DNA from: Mobula hypostoma
Taxonomy: Eukaryota
Assembly (NCBI RefSeq): GCF_963921235.1
Contig: NC_086097.1
Location: 134,976,001 to 135,040,000 of the forward strand
Length of the DNA stretch: 64,000 nucleotides
Reading direction: 5' to 3'
Shown: in pieces, positions 51,227-62,783 of the stretch
How positions within the stretch are numbered: the first letter of the stretch is position 1
How the letters are laid out: every line of letters starts with the position of its first letter
Translations under genes and position numbers: made by a program
Notes under the pieces: generated by a model
What the model was told of the DNA's origin: nothing
Database searches by the model: none
Seen by the model: the letters and a program-made list of their open reading frames with translations, nothing else

Positions 51227-53653
51227 GTGAGTCTTGCTCTTTTTTTTTGTAGACAGAAGCTTTTTAATTTAACAAAGCTGTTCTTCCAGAGGGCAGGCTT
51301 AGATGCTCACGCTTTCATGTCGTGAATCAATACCTTGAGCAGCAAAATGGTGGCTGTGTTCCCAGTGTAGGACTTGGAGTGACCCACAGTCAGATGTTAG
51401 GCTTTGGGCAATGTGTTAAATTCGAGGTCCCTTTCCCATCGACTCAAGTTGTAATGATATTCTTGAAGGAAAGCAATAGAGTTCTGACCACTCACTATCC
51501 CTCAACCAATGTCACTTAAACAAGTTACCATGATATTGTCACATTACTTTTGTTGGATAGTGTTATGTGCAATGTCTGCCATTTTTTTCCCACCTGCTTT
51601 CAAAATAGTCCCTTGGGTTTGAGGATGCCATGCTTTCACTCAGTTTTGGTGGGTTTTGAGGTGAGTGTGTTAACTACAGACTCAGTGGGCAGGTGAAATT
51701 TGATTTACAGTTTGTGAGATGGTTATAGCATAAGCACTGTGCTCCCTTTGCACAGACAGTAGTACCTCAATGGAATGGCACTGGGAGTGACTGTGGAAAT
51801 GCATAGCAGGAATTCAGATCCATACCATACAGAGGTTATGTTTCCTTTATCTCTGGAGGGCAGCAGGGATGGTCCTAAAGAAGCAGATGTAACTCTATTG
51901 ATATCATTGTCTTTGTAGTGTCCTTGCCATTTTGAGCTGAGAGGGTTACTGACAGGTTCAAGAGGAAGTTGGATGGGTTGCTGTTAAGGATATTAAATGG
52001 TTGGTAAATTAATCTGTCTCAGATATCCTGTTTGTTCACTGACCTGGAAATTTTTTGACTTACTCCTGGTTCCCCACCTGTAACATGACCAGCAGGCTGG
52101 TATACTTCTGGTTTAGCGTGCAGATAGGGTTGTCTGTACTTGTGCTAAGCATCCCTGATATGGCGTTCATTTACAGCACAGAAATTGGCCATTCAGCTGA
52201 ACCGTCTGTGCCAGTACTTCTGCCATGCTTGAACATTCTCAACTCCAATCTCCATCACTTTCCATCGCTTTCTCCCTCCATTATATCCAACTTCCCTTAA
52301 GTGCACCCCTGTTCAATTTTTCTCTGTAGGAGGGAGTTCTGCATTTTCCCTGCTTTTCTTTTAGTTTAAAGTTTTTGGAAATTTCCAATTGTATTTGTTC
52401 ATAACTACATACTGATAATTTCTAGCTGTGATCTTGGTGTAAGTGGAAGCATCTTCCTCACATTCAACTAATCTTGGATATCTTCCAAGTCATTAGTCTT
52501 CCATTGAGATGATCACTGTAACCTTTCCCCTATTCCCAATGGTGTAATTTCTTTTCTGGTACCTTTTAAATCTCTTCACTTGCATTCTACAAGAGTTGAT
52601 GCTTAAGCTCATCGCAACTATAAATTGCACTGCAATCTCAGTACTGAATAATACATTCCCCAGATACGTACAAAGTAGCTTCTAACAATGTATAAGGATA
52701 TGTTTTGTCTAAGTGTGCAGTGATGTTATTGTCTCTGGATTACTCTGACACTGATAATGGAGCATGATTGGTTGTGAATCATCTTGTATTGCTCAAACAA
52801 ATGACACTGTAGTTGCTTGAACTGATAGACAAAGTATCAGAATATGAACTGTTAACATTGTAACATGCATTATTACTTTTGCTATTATCTAAAAATACCA
52901 ATGTAGTGTACTTTCCACAGGAGAGTGTGGAATTAAGTCAGTATTTGCATTGAATGTCCTTGGTCTAATGGTCAAGGTTACAAGTTGCTAAGGCTGGAAT
53001 ATGATACTCACTATAGAATAATTCCCCATGTTCTGGCACTGCTAGTCAGGATCCAGATGGGCAGTTTGCAAATGGATTGACACTCTGGAGATGCTAGGCT
53101 ATCGAGAAAAAGAGTGGGGGTTTGGGTCAACTTGGGTTGTGCTTTGGAAGAGCTAGCATGGACTCAGTGAATCAAATCGTCATCTCTGCTTCATGATGGT
53201 CTGTTCTTTAGAGGTGCTTTTTTGTTAATTTGTCCTTTATGAAGTGGTGTTGATAGAGATCAGTGGGAGGGAATGGACTTTGTTTTGACCCAATCTAAGT
53301 CCATTGACTTGGCCTCACTAAAAACTTAGTGTCACAAGTTGAATGGGAGGATGTGCAGAGCCAGAGTTGATGTCAATGTAAAGAAACTGATCACGGGTTA
53401 ATTGGGACGAGAGAAAATCAGAAATGGCACAAAGGGGCCCTTCAGCCCACTGAGTCTGGGTCAACCATATTTACACAAATCCTACTGTAACATTTTATTC
53501 TCATGTTTGGGGGGGGGGCACCTAAATAAAATTCCACTTCAAAATTTAAATAAAATTACAATAATCACATTCATTGTTTTGGAAACCAAACTGCATTTGC
53601 TTTGGCAATTACTGCAGTATAATAAAGTCCATGATCTTTATCTTTGCTCTCAG

Positions 53654-53703
53654 ATTTTCACCATGATACGTGGATCTCAGTTCACAAAGGAAGCACAAAG
53701 GAG
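53654..53703 (+). CDS. FBXO32: FBXO32 coding exon 3
   Basis: ctctcag| acceptor; (Y)FHHDTWISVHKGSTKE; |gtgagt donor; 50 nt. Confidence 0.95.
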
Positions 53704-53794
53704 GTGAGTAATGCTGTGTTGTATTATGTGAACGGCTGCATGGTCAAAGCCTCTGTCCCATTGCTGGCTCTGACAGACTCTTCGTTTCTTTTAG

Positions 53795-53887
53795 CGCCAC
53801 GGATATTGTACCCTGGGTGAGGCCTTTAACCGCCTGGACTTCTCCAGTGCCATTCGGGACACACGAAGATTCAATTATGTTGTCCGG
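53795..53887 (+). CDS. FBXO32: FBXO32 coding exon 4
   Basis: cttttag| acceptor; [31 protein letters not shown]; |gtaggt donor; 93 nt. Confidence 0.97.
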
Positions 53888-56782
53888 GTAGGTGGGTCTT
53901 GCATTTCTACTGAACTGAATTTCTGCCCTTCACTTTACCTCCTCATTTCTTATTCATTTCCATTCTGCGTCATGGCACTAACTCGTTATCACTATTAATT
54001 CTTGATTAAACTGGCAGTAGAAGCGGTAATTCCATCTCCTGAGGCAGAATGGAAATGTACTGCTTTGTAACTGAATCTGCTTGTCGGATGCAAAGCAAAG
54101 TGGTGTTGTGAACTGCATCAATCCTATAGTGAAGTACTCATTTTTCTAAAGCGTCTACTGTTTTGTGTCGAAGTCTCACTGATCAGGGATGATTGTGTGG
54201 GCTCGGGCTGTAATCTCTGGAAGGCTGAAAGCTGATCTGATTGGTATCTTGAAGGATGTTTGTTAAGGTACTGGCACAGTGGAGATTTCCACTTGTGGTA
54301 AAGCTGAACAAGAGGTTGCTGATAAGTCTAATTGGAATTTGCAAGAGATCTTTCCCTGGAGAGTTGGAGGGAGGGGGGCTGTGGTGGTGGAGCTTGTTCC
54401 CACAGGGAGGGCTGAGGCGAAGAGTGTTGCATCTAAGAGAAAGCCACTGGTATGTGGTTTGGGGAAGGAAATGAAGTTTCTGCGATTGGAATGAGTAGGA
54501 GGAGGCGCATGTGAACAAAAACACTGGCCTAGTTCTGTCGTAGGGGCTAGGTTGAAGATTAAGTACTTCTGCTTTTCCTTTAAATGAGATGTTTTACTAA
54601 CTAGCAGCTTGTAATCCCATGAAATACTTAGTCATTTTGTGAAGTCTGGCTGCTTCAAGGAGTTGACGAGAATGTGGGGAGAAGAGATTACAGGGGAAAT
54701 GAGTGGGGTATGGGAATGCTTGGAAAGCTGTATGAGATGAATGGTTTACTCGCATGTTATGAGGAAGGATAAAAGACTCTCTCAGGACAGTTATTTACTG
54801 CCTGTCCATGATTTTTGTAAATGTTAATGGTACCCAAAGCCTTGAAGCTAATGTTTGTGCTGGTTACCCTTCGACTGATGAAGGGCTTTGTTACCCTGAG
54901 TCATGCCAACAGCAGCCCTGACTGCTCATCACAAATCAAGTCATGGTGACAAGCAGCAAGGCCAGCAGCTGATTACAGTATCCAGTATGCTGCTGTGCTG
55001 ATGGAAGTGGAACTGTTTGGAATTCCTGCTATGCTCCCAACCCCATGTCTTGTGACTAATTGCAAAATGTTGAAACAAGAGTCAAATTCACTGATGGCTG
55101 TATTGCAGCCTCGATAGTGCAGTGGGTCCACCGGAGTGGTGGTGTTATGCTTTGTCCTTGTAAAGAAGGAACTTGTTTTGACAAACAACTTCGCACGATG
55201 CGATGACATCCCAGAGAGTCCACGCACTGCTTTCCTGTCACTGTTGGAGGGAAATGAGCAGCCTGTTTGTGCATGGTAAACTCTAGGGACAGAGGATAAT
55301 GATCAGAGGATGCTTGAACAAATAACTATTAATTGGTTTATTATTATCACGTACTGAAATGCATTGAACAAATTGCTTTGCATGGCGTAGATACAAATCA
55401 TTCCAACCAAGTATTTCAAGGTAGTACAAAAGATAAGTGCAATAGCAGAACTCAAAATATTATAGAGCAATACAGCAGATACAAGCTCTTTGACCCATAT
55501 CCTTTCAAGCCCTTCACCTCCACGTGCTTACCCAAGTGGGTTCTTAAATCTACCACTTTCTCGGGCAGCTTATTCACAACACTGTTAGGAAGGGGGCAGG
55601 ATGCACCAAAGCAGCTCCTCGGGTTCGTTTGAATTCTTTGCCCTCTCACCCTGAACCATTGTGCCTAGGTTTGAGACTCCCCTACCTTGGGGAAAAGACT
55701 GTTATCATCCAGCTTATCAATATCTTTCAGAATTAAACATTTCTCCCAAGTTTCAACAAATAAAGACCTACCCTGGCCAACCTCTGCCTACAACTTGAGC
55801 CTTCCTGTCCTGGCAATATCCTTGTAAATCTTCTGTCATTCATTACAAAGAAAGTGCAAAGGCCACTATGAGTTGGATTGAGATCAAGATCTCATCTTCG
55901 TTGAAGAGGTTCATTTGAGAGTCTTGGAACAGCAGGGCAGAAGCTGTCCTTCATGTTCTCAAACTTCTGGAGGAACAGCTGATGGACAAAGTCTGTTGGG
56001 GAAGTAGGAATTGTCAATGTTTTAAGTCAAGATTCTGCATCAGTTTAAGAGTGGGAAGCGGAGACGGCCAGTATTGGGGCTGGGTGGGGTGGTGAGACAT
56101 CCCCATGGGTGGTGGGGAACCATGGAAGATGATGGGCAGATAGAGCAGGAAGGGGAGAGGTAGAGTTGGGACACAGGATGGTGGATGATGGGTGGAAGCA
56201 GACAATGAAAAAATGTGTAGTGCTGGCTAACTTGGTTGGAACTCCATGTTTTGTTGAAAAAGTGCAAAATAATTTATGTTCACTTGTGAGAACATTGCCT
56301 CAGTTGGCCAATTCAGTGCTTCATTCACTCCCCCATACTTCATTTATTGGAGTGTTGTGTGGACTTTTCTTGATTTATAACCATCTTGAAGTATGTCCAC
56401 GGTGTACATTTAATTTGGACAAAATACAGTCTGTCCGGCTTGTAAACTGAAATGACATTGCCATCTTATGCTATAATAAGGATGTGGTCTGATTAAGGCA
56501 AGTGTTTTGGAGTTTGGCTTGGCTTTGCTTTCTGCTTGTTCAATAGTAATTAAGAACTAGTACAGATTGTACCATTTGCTTAATCTTCATAAGCAGCCAA
56601 GAATTAATGATACTCACTTTACCCCTTCCTTGACCCCGTCTCTGGGCACCTGACTGGTGCCCTTTCGGATTAAAAGCTTTGGAAACCTGTAGCCATTAGG
56701 TGGTGTGACCCAAGATGCCATATTAGAACAGCTGCGTGGTTTTGCCTTGCTAGAGTGACACCAATTTATTTTCCATTTGCAG

Positions 56783-56876
56783 TTGCTGGAGCTCATTGCG
56801 AAATCCCAGCTCACGTCCCTCAGTGGGATTGCCCAGAAAAACTACATGAACATTCTGGAGAAAGTTGTGCAGAAAG
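56783..56876 (+). CDS. FBXO32: FBXO32 coding exon 5
   Basis: tttgcag| acceptor; [32 protein letters not shown]|gtaaga donor; 94 nt. Confidence 0.97.
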
Positions 56877-56894
56877 GTAAGAATGGAAGCAAAA

Positions 56895-57755
56895 AATAAA
56901 ACCGCTCCCTAGCTTTATGGAATTCTACTCCACACTCCACTTCATTGCATCATTTTCTCCTATTCCTCTCTATTCCCGTATCCAGATTATCCTTAATCTC
57001 ATCACTTGCTCTATATCTTGTCAAAGGAGCAAGTTCTATCTCTGAGGAAGAAGTTTCTCTTAATTGCATCAGTAAAAATTTTCTTTATATTCATGAGCTT
57101 TTGCCCCACTTTCATGCACATTTTCTCTGTACTTAAATAATCACACTTTCGTAATCTTAAATCCTCATGTCCATCCTCTGCCTTCTTTCAAGAGTGACAA
57201 GCCCCAGCCTTTTCAGTCTTGCCAACAAGTTAACTAAGATTTCCATAACATCTCAGTAAATATGTTATGATTTTTTTCTTTTGCATCTGACCCAGTGCCT
57301 TTACATCCTGTTGATAAAACGTCTGACCTGGGTTTTATCAACAGGATGTAGAGGCACTGGGTCAAATGCATGCAAAAAAATCATAATGTATATTTACTAG
57401 GATGTTATGGAAATCTCAGTTAGGTGTGGGAAAGGCGGAAAAGGCTGGGGTTTTTTACTCTGGAAAGAGGGCTGAGGATAGACGTGAGTATTTAAGATTT
57501 ATGAAATTGATGTATAGAGAAAATGTGCATGAAAGTGGGACAAGAGCTCATGAATATAAAGAAAATTCTTATTGATCCAGTTGAGAGAAACTTCTTCCCC
57601 TGAGATAGAACTTGCTCCCTTGAGAAGAGATCGATGTGAACGTATGTGATGGGATTTAGGAAAATCTGGATACACGCAATGGAGAGGATAGGAGAAAATG
57701 ATGGAGCAAAGTGGGATGTGGAATAGAACTCCATAAAACTCGGGAGCTGTTTATT
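56895..57755. repeat. Long imperfect inverted repeat (fold-back) in FBXO32 intron 5
   Basis: Arms ~56895-57320 and 57332-57755 are reverse complements around an 11-nt spacer (57321-57331). Confidence 0.95.
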
Positions 57756-58459
57756 CATTCACACATTTGTAGTAATAAATGGATATTTGCTAAAGCTAAT
57801 CTCCAGCATGAACTGAACTTGATTCTAATGGGATATCAAGAATAGAATTCAGTTTACAGATTTGAAATGAACACATACGTCTCCTAAATTTTGCTGATAA
57901 ATCCCTTGCCCACAGACAACCTGAGGGGAATACCACCGTCAGCATCTTTGTGAAATTGCCACTCATTCTTCTAAATTCCAGTCAGTTTTGGCCATTATTC
58001 TAACAATGGCAAACTACCATGAATGGTGTCTGCTTGCATTTTTGTACAGTTAAGGGATGAAGAAGACATTGGAAAATCGCTATATGGTTGTTACATCCGG
58101 CTGTGGATAAGGAGCAAACTGTAACCTCTGCATTGATGAGAGAAACATCAGCAACCACTAGATCCTTTTTAAAGAACAAGTTCTAAATATTAAGAGAAGG
58201 ATAGGATTTAATTGAATTGTTTCCAAACATAAATAGTAGCTGGTCATATAATGAAAATCTTACTGAACATTTTGGCATTCAGCAAGCCTGAAATCCATTT
58301 TTCCTGTTCTATCTGTCCTTAACAATAAAAAAAAAAATTGCTCAGTGCCTTGGGCAAAATCTGTGGGGAGGAATAATGTTAATATTTTGTCAGGACCTTT
58401 ATCATTTGATTCTTGGATGCTCAGTGAATTGATCCATTTGATAAGCACATCATTCTCCA

Positions 58460-59285
58460 CGACTTTCACCATCTCCGAAGAGATCCTACCACTAAACACA
58501 TTTTTACCTGTCCCCCATCCATTTTACACTTTCCGCAGGGATCACCCCCTCCATGATTCCATTGTCCATTCATCCCTCCCAACACATCCCTGCAAGTGGC
58601 CTAAGTTTTACACCTGCCCATTCACCACCTCCCTCATTTCCATTGGGGGCTCCATGCAGTCCTAACAGGTGAGGCAATAATTCACATACAAATCTGCCTG
58701 GGTTGTCTATTGTATCCAGTGCTCCTGATGTAGCCCCCTACCGTGGTGAGACCCATCATAAATTGGGGGACAGCTTCCATCAAGCACCTACACTCCATCT
58801 GCCAAAAGTGGAAATTTCCAGTGGCCCAATACTTTAATTCCCATTCTGACCATGGCCTCCTTTTGTGGCCTCATCGTGGCACCCTTGAGGTGGAGGAGCA
58901 ACACCTTGTATTCCATCTGGGTTACATCCAACCTGATAGCATGAATATCAGTTTCTCCTTCCAGGAAGGAGATTTCTTTGTTTATTCTCTCTCCCTCTAC
59001 TCTCTTCTATTTCCCACTCTGGCCTCATACCTCTTCTCATCTGCCAGTTACCTTTCCTTGGTGCCCCTCCTTCCCATTCTCCTATGGTCCTTTGTCCTCT
59101 TTTATCAGATTCCCACCCACCTGGCTTCACCTATCACATTCTAGCTATTCTTCGCCTCTCTCCACCTTTTTATTCTGGCACCTTCCCCCTTCTTTCTAGT
59201 CTTGAAGGTTCAGAGCCCGAAACGTCAACTGTTTGTTCATTTGCATGGCCTGAGTTCCTCCATTTTGTGAGTGTTGCTTTTGATC
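58460..59285 (+). mobile_element. Decayed Penelope-like element 3' part
   Basis: HLHSICQK..FPVAQYFNS..HGLL...EEQHLVFHLGYIQPDSMNISF, homologous to 7740-8029; degenerate pLTR follows. Confidence 0.8.
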
Positions 59286-59420
59286 CATCTCAGTTGTGAA
59301 TATTCTTAATAACTGGAGAATTCCAGAAACTTGACCTACTGGCTGAAGAAATGTCGTCTTGGTCCTTAATGGGTCTTGATTAATAGTTCGTCTGTAAAGT
59401 CCACAAAGGTTGTTCTAAAG

Positions 59421-59483
59421 CAGGAGTTCCCAACCTGGGGTTCACAGACTTCTTGGCATTAAAAAAAAGTTTGGAACCCCCTG
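59421..59483. mobile_element. 63-bp hAT-type MITE
   Basis: CAGGAGTTCCCAAC...GTTTGGAACCCCCTG termini; perfect 8-bp TSD TTCTAAAG at 59413-59420 and 59484-59491. Confidence 0.85.
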
Positions 59484-59706
59484 TTCTAAAGGAACACTTC
59501 TTAAAATGATGCCAGGATTAATTATTGCGAGTACTTCCCATTTTTGGCAAGATATTCATCTTGACTTATTCTGAAGCTAGCATCTTTGCTACTTCCTGTT
59601 TCTGTAGCCATCTCCAGCCTTGCAGTTTATTCCTGCAACCCCAACAATGATAAAATTTTTTGTGATGCGCCATTTTCTAATATTAAGAATTTTTTTTCCA
59701 CTTCAG

Positions 59707-59891
59707 TGATAGAAGACCAACGTGATATCCGGCTAATTAAGGAGCTGCTCAATAGTCTGTACGCCACCATTTGTGCACTGGTCAAAGGTGTAGGGAAGTG
59801 TGTCCTGGTAGGAAATATAAACACCTGGGTCTACAGAATGGAGGTCATTCTTCACTGGCAGCAGCAGCTGAACAACATTCGGATCATCAGG
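59707..59891 (+). CDS. FBXO32: FBXO32 coding exon 6
   Basis: cttcag| acceptor; (V)[61 protein letters not shown]; |gtaagt donor; 185 nt. Confidence 0.97.
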
Positions 59892-60735
59892 GTAAGTGGT
59901 GGGCAAGCAGGAACTCTGGAGGTCCAGCCACTAGTCTACCCAACAATAAGACCATAACACAGGGGAGCAGAATTGGGCCATTCGGCCATCTTGTCTTCTC
60001 TGCTGCTCAATCATGGATAACTTAAATGCCATTCTCCTGCCTTCTCCCTGAACCTTTCTGTTCTTGCTAACCAAGAACCTGTCAATCTCTGCCTTAAGTA
60101 CACCCAGTGTTTTGGCCTGTACAGCCCTCGGGCAACTCCAATTTTCTACAGAGCCAATGTTATTCAAAATCTCTGTACTCCCATTGCTTATCCTCCAATT
60201 TTAATAATCTACCATTGATTTGATAGAAAAATTTCCCTGCTATAAAAACCATATCCACGCAGAAGTTTTATAGGTTTATATTTGTAAAAAATCTACATTT
60301 TATTTATTCATAGGTATCAAATTTCCATTTTAAATCCAAGCATTTAGAACAGAACGAGGATCTGTGTTAAAGCTTTACAGGCGTGCTGCATCTTTCAAAT
60401 GTCAGGGCCCTTTATCATTTAGATTCTTTGTGTCCTGACTGGCTGCATCATCGTGTGCTATGGATGCCACGAGGCATCGGACGTAAGACCTGAAAGAGAA
60501 CAGTTTTAAAACCCCTGAGAGAGTCACTGGGGTCTTCTCTCCTGCCACCCCCCCCCCCATTTGTGATACTTACCGGGAGTACTGAGACACTGAGCTGAAG
60601 GGCTTGTTCCTGTGCTGTATGCTGTGTTAGTGGTATGCTGGGAGCTTGTGTGAATTGGCAATCATAGGATATGGTGTCTGTAATGTTGTACTTGAGAACT
60701 GAGGCTGGGTGTCTTAAACCTTTTTTGTTTCACAG

Positions 60736-60918
60736 CCTCCGAATACAGGAGTGACCCTCACTGACCTCCCCATGTGCCTGCAATTGAACATCATGGAGAG
60801 GTTGTCTGATGGGCGAGATATTGTCAACCTTGGTCAGGTGTCCCCCACCTTGCAAGTGCTGAGTGAGGACAGGCTTCTGTGGAAGAAACTATGCCAATAC
60901 CACTTCACAGAGCGCCAG
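60736..60918 (+). CDS. FBXO32: FBXO32 coding exon 7 (F-box)
   Basis: ttcacag| acceptor; [61 protein letters not shown]; |gtacag donor; 183 nt. Confidence 0.97.
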
Positions 60919-61028
60919 GTACAGCAAGCCAAGTCACTGCCAAGCTTCAAATTAAAACGTCTTTGTCTGGATATTGCTTACGAATGGACTCGACTCCTAT
61001 TTATTTGTTATTTTTATGTCTACTGTAG

Positions 61029-61172
61029 ATTCGCAAGCGTCTCATTTTATCTGAGAAGGGGCACTTGGACTGGAAGAAGATGTACTTTAAACTCGGGAGG
61101 TGCTACCCAAAGAAAGAACAATATGGGGACACACTCCAGTTCTGCAGACATTGCCACATCCTCTTTTGGAAG
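61029..61172 (+). CDS. FBXO32: FBXO32 coding exon 8
   Basis: ctgtag| acceptor; [48 protein letters not shown]; |gtagag donor; 144 nt. Confidence 0.97.
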
Positions 61173-62154
61173 GTAGAGCAAGGCTTCACGGGTTTAGATC
61201 ATTATCCTTGCACCGTAATAGTTAATTTCCAACTGTTGTCTTAAATTTCGGAATAGAAGATCTAGAGGCAGTTGGGACCCAGCTATGTGTCAATGCATTC
61301 AAATGCATCGTTTTGACATCCACAGGTCCAGTATTCTTGGATCTACTACATTTTCAGCATTAGGAAATAAAGAAGTCACATGCTTGGCATGGCACCCACA
61401 ACCTGAAATGTTGATTCCCTGCACTACCAGCACACAGTGGTTGTACTGTATACCATCCACAAGCTGAACTGCAGTGGCTTCCTAGGCCACTCCAGCAGCA
61501 CTTCCCAAATCTATAACATCTATCACAAAGAAATGCAAGGGTAGCAGGCACACGTGTGCACGATCCTGTGTAGGTTCCCAAGTCTCAACCCAAGAACAAT
61601 CTGCTGGAGAAACTCAGCAAGTGGGCAGCATATGTGGAAGCAAAAGGATAGTCTGTCTTTCAGGTCAAGACCCTGCACCAGGATTCCCCCTGCTGAAACT
61701 CATTCCTGACTCGAAACATGGACTATCCTTTTCCCTCCAGAGATGCTGCCAGACCTGCTGAGCTCTTCAGCAGTTTGCTTTCCCCCCCCCCCCCCCCACC
61801 TTTGCTCCAGATCCCGGCATCTGCGGTCTCCCAAGTCCCATGCCATCCTGGCTTTGTAATGTGTCACTGCTCTTTCATCATCCCTGGGTTGAAAATCCTG
61901 CAATTCATTCACTAACAACATCTTTACCAGAAGGACTGCATTTCTTCAAGAAAATGACTCCATGCCGGAAGCAGGGTAGTTGGAAAAGGAACGTCAATGC
62001 TGGCTTTGCTGTTCAATAAATAATGAAACCTCAGGATACTTTGTTAGCAGCTAATGGCCGCCATGACCCTAAGTAGGACGGGTCCTTGTCCAAAAATTTG
62101 GACGATCACTTTTGAGTGCAACATATATGCAACATTGTTAAAAGTTAGATCAAC

Positions 62155-62250
62155 CAACATACATCAAAGTTGCTGGTGAACGCAGCAGGCCAAGCAGCAT
62201 CTATAGGAAGAGGAGCAGTCGACGTTTCAGGCCGAGACCCTTCGTCAGGA
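62155..62250 (-). mobile_element. Young Penelope pLTR fragment with hammerhead core, FBXO32 intron 8
   Basis: Near-identical to 7353-7447; ends just after the CTGACGA box on the minus strand. Confidence 0.85.
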
Positions 62251-62507
62251 TGTTTGGTTGCTTCAGTAGAATATATAACTGGGGTCTCCAGCTGCTCCCG
62301 TGATTCAACCAATGCAAACAGATCGCTTGTCTTATTATGATGCCTTTGCAGGAGCTTGCTGTGTGTAAATTAGCTTTGTATACTGCAACAATGGCTACAC
62401 TGCAAAGTACTTGATTAGTTGTAAAGTAATGGGAGATGCCTAACAGATATACCAAGTACTATAGCAATGCAGGTCAATAACAAGTTCCTTTCGTGCTTTG
62501 CTTTCAG

Positions 62508-62597
62508 GATACGAATCATCCTTGCACAGCCAATGACCCTGATGGCTCTTACACTTCTATTTCACCCCTCGAATTCATCAGCCTGTTCAAGTTCTGA
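62508..62597 (+). CDS. FBXO32: FBXO32 coding exon 9 (terminal)
   Basis: ctttcag| acceptor; DTNHPCTANDPDGSYTSISPLEFISLFKF*; the nine exons sum to 1059 nt, an open 352-aa frame. Confidence 0.96.
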   Translation, partial: DTNHPCTANDPDGSYTSISPLEFISLFKF

Positions 62598-62777
62598 ACT
62601 TGAAAAAATTCTGGAAGGTTCCAAGTGTGGAAGAGATTCTTGCTGTGCCTTGAGAACTGAGCTACCAATTTTGTATACTTGGCTTTTACCAATGTAAATA
62701 CTGTACAATAATATTTATACTTTCCTTTTTACACTGAAGCTGTAATAGAAGTGGTTTAAGTTTATTTTATATATCCC

Positions 62778-62783
62778 AATAAA
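62778..62783 (+). terminator. FBXO32: Candidate proximal polyadenylation signal of FBXO32
   Basis: AATAAA about 180 nt after the stop, in an AT-rich context with TGTA elements upstream. Confidence 0.55.

Noticed and set aside
56895..57755. Hairpin as a sequencing or assembly fold-back artefact
   Set aside because: The arms differ by many substitutions and indels; an artefact would give near-identical arms.
5100..62250. CRISPR-like recurring palindromic repeats (gatgctgcctggcctgctg...)
   Set aside because: Dispersed, variable in length, on both strands and TSD-flanked in a spliced vertebrate locus; these are Penelope pLTRs, not a spacer array.
44797..62597. FBXO25 (paralogue with a similar [12 protein letters not shown] start)
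   Set aside because: GQSW N-terminus, SGIAQKN, the ...HPCTAND...LFKF C-terminus and linkage to KLHL38 all fit FBXO32.
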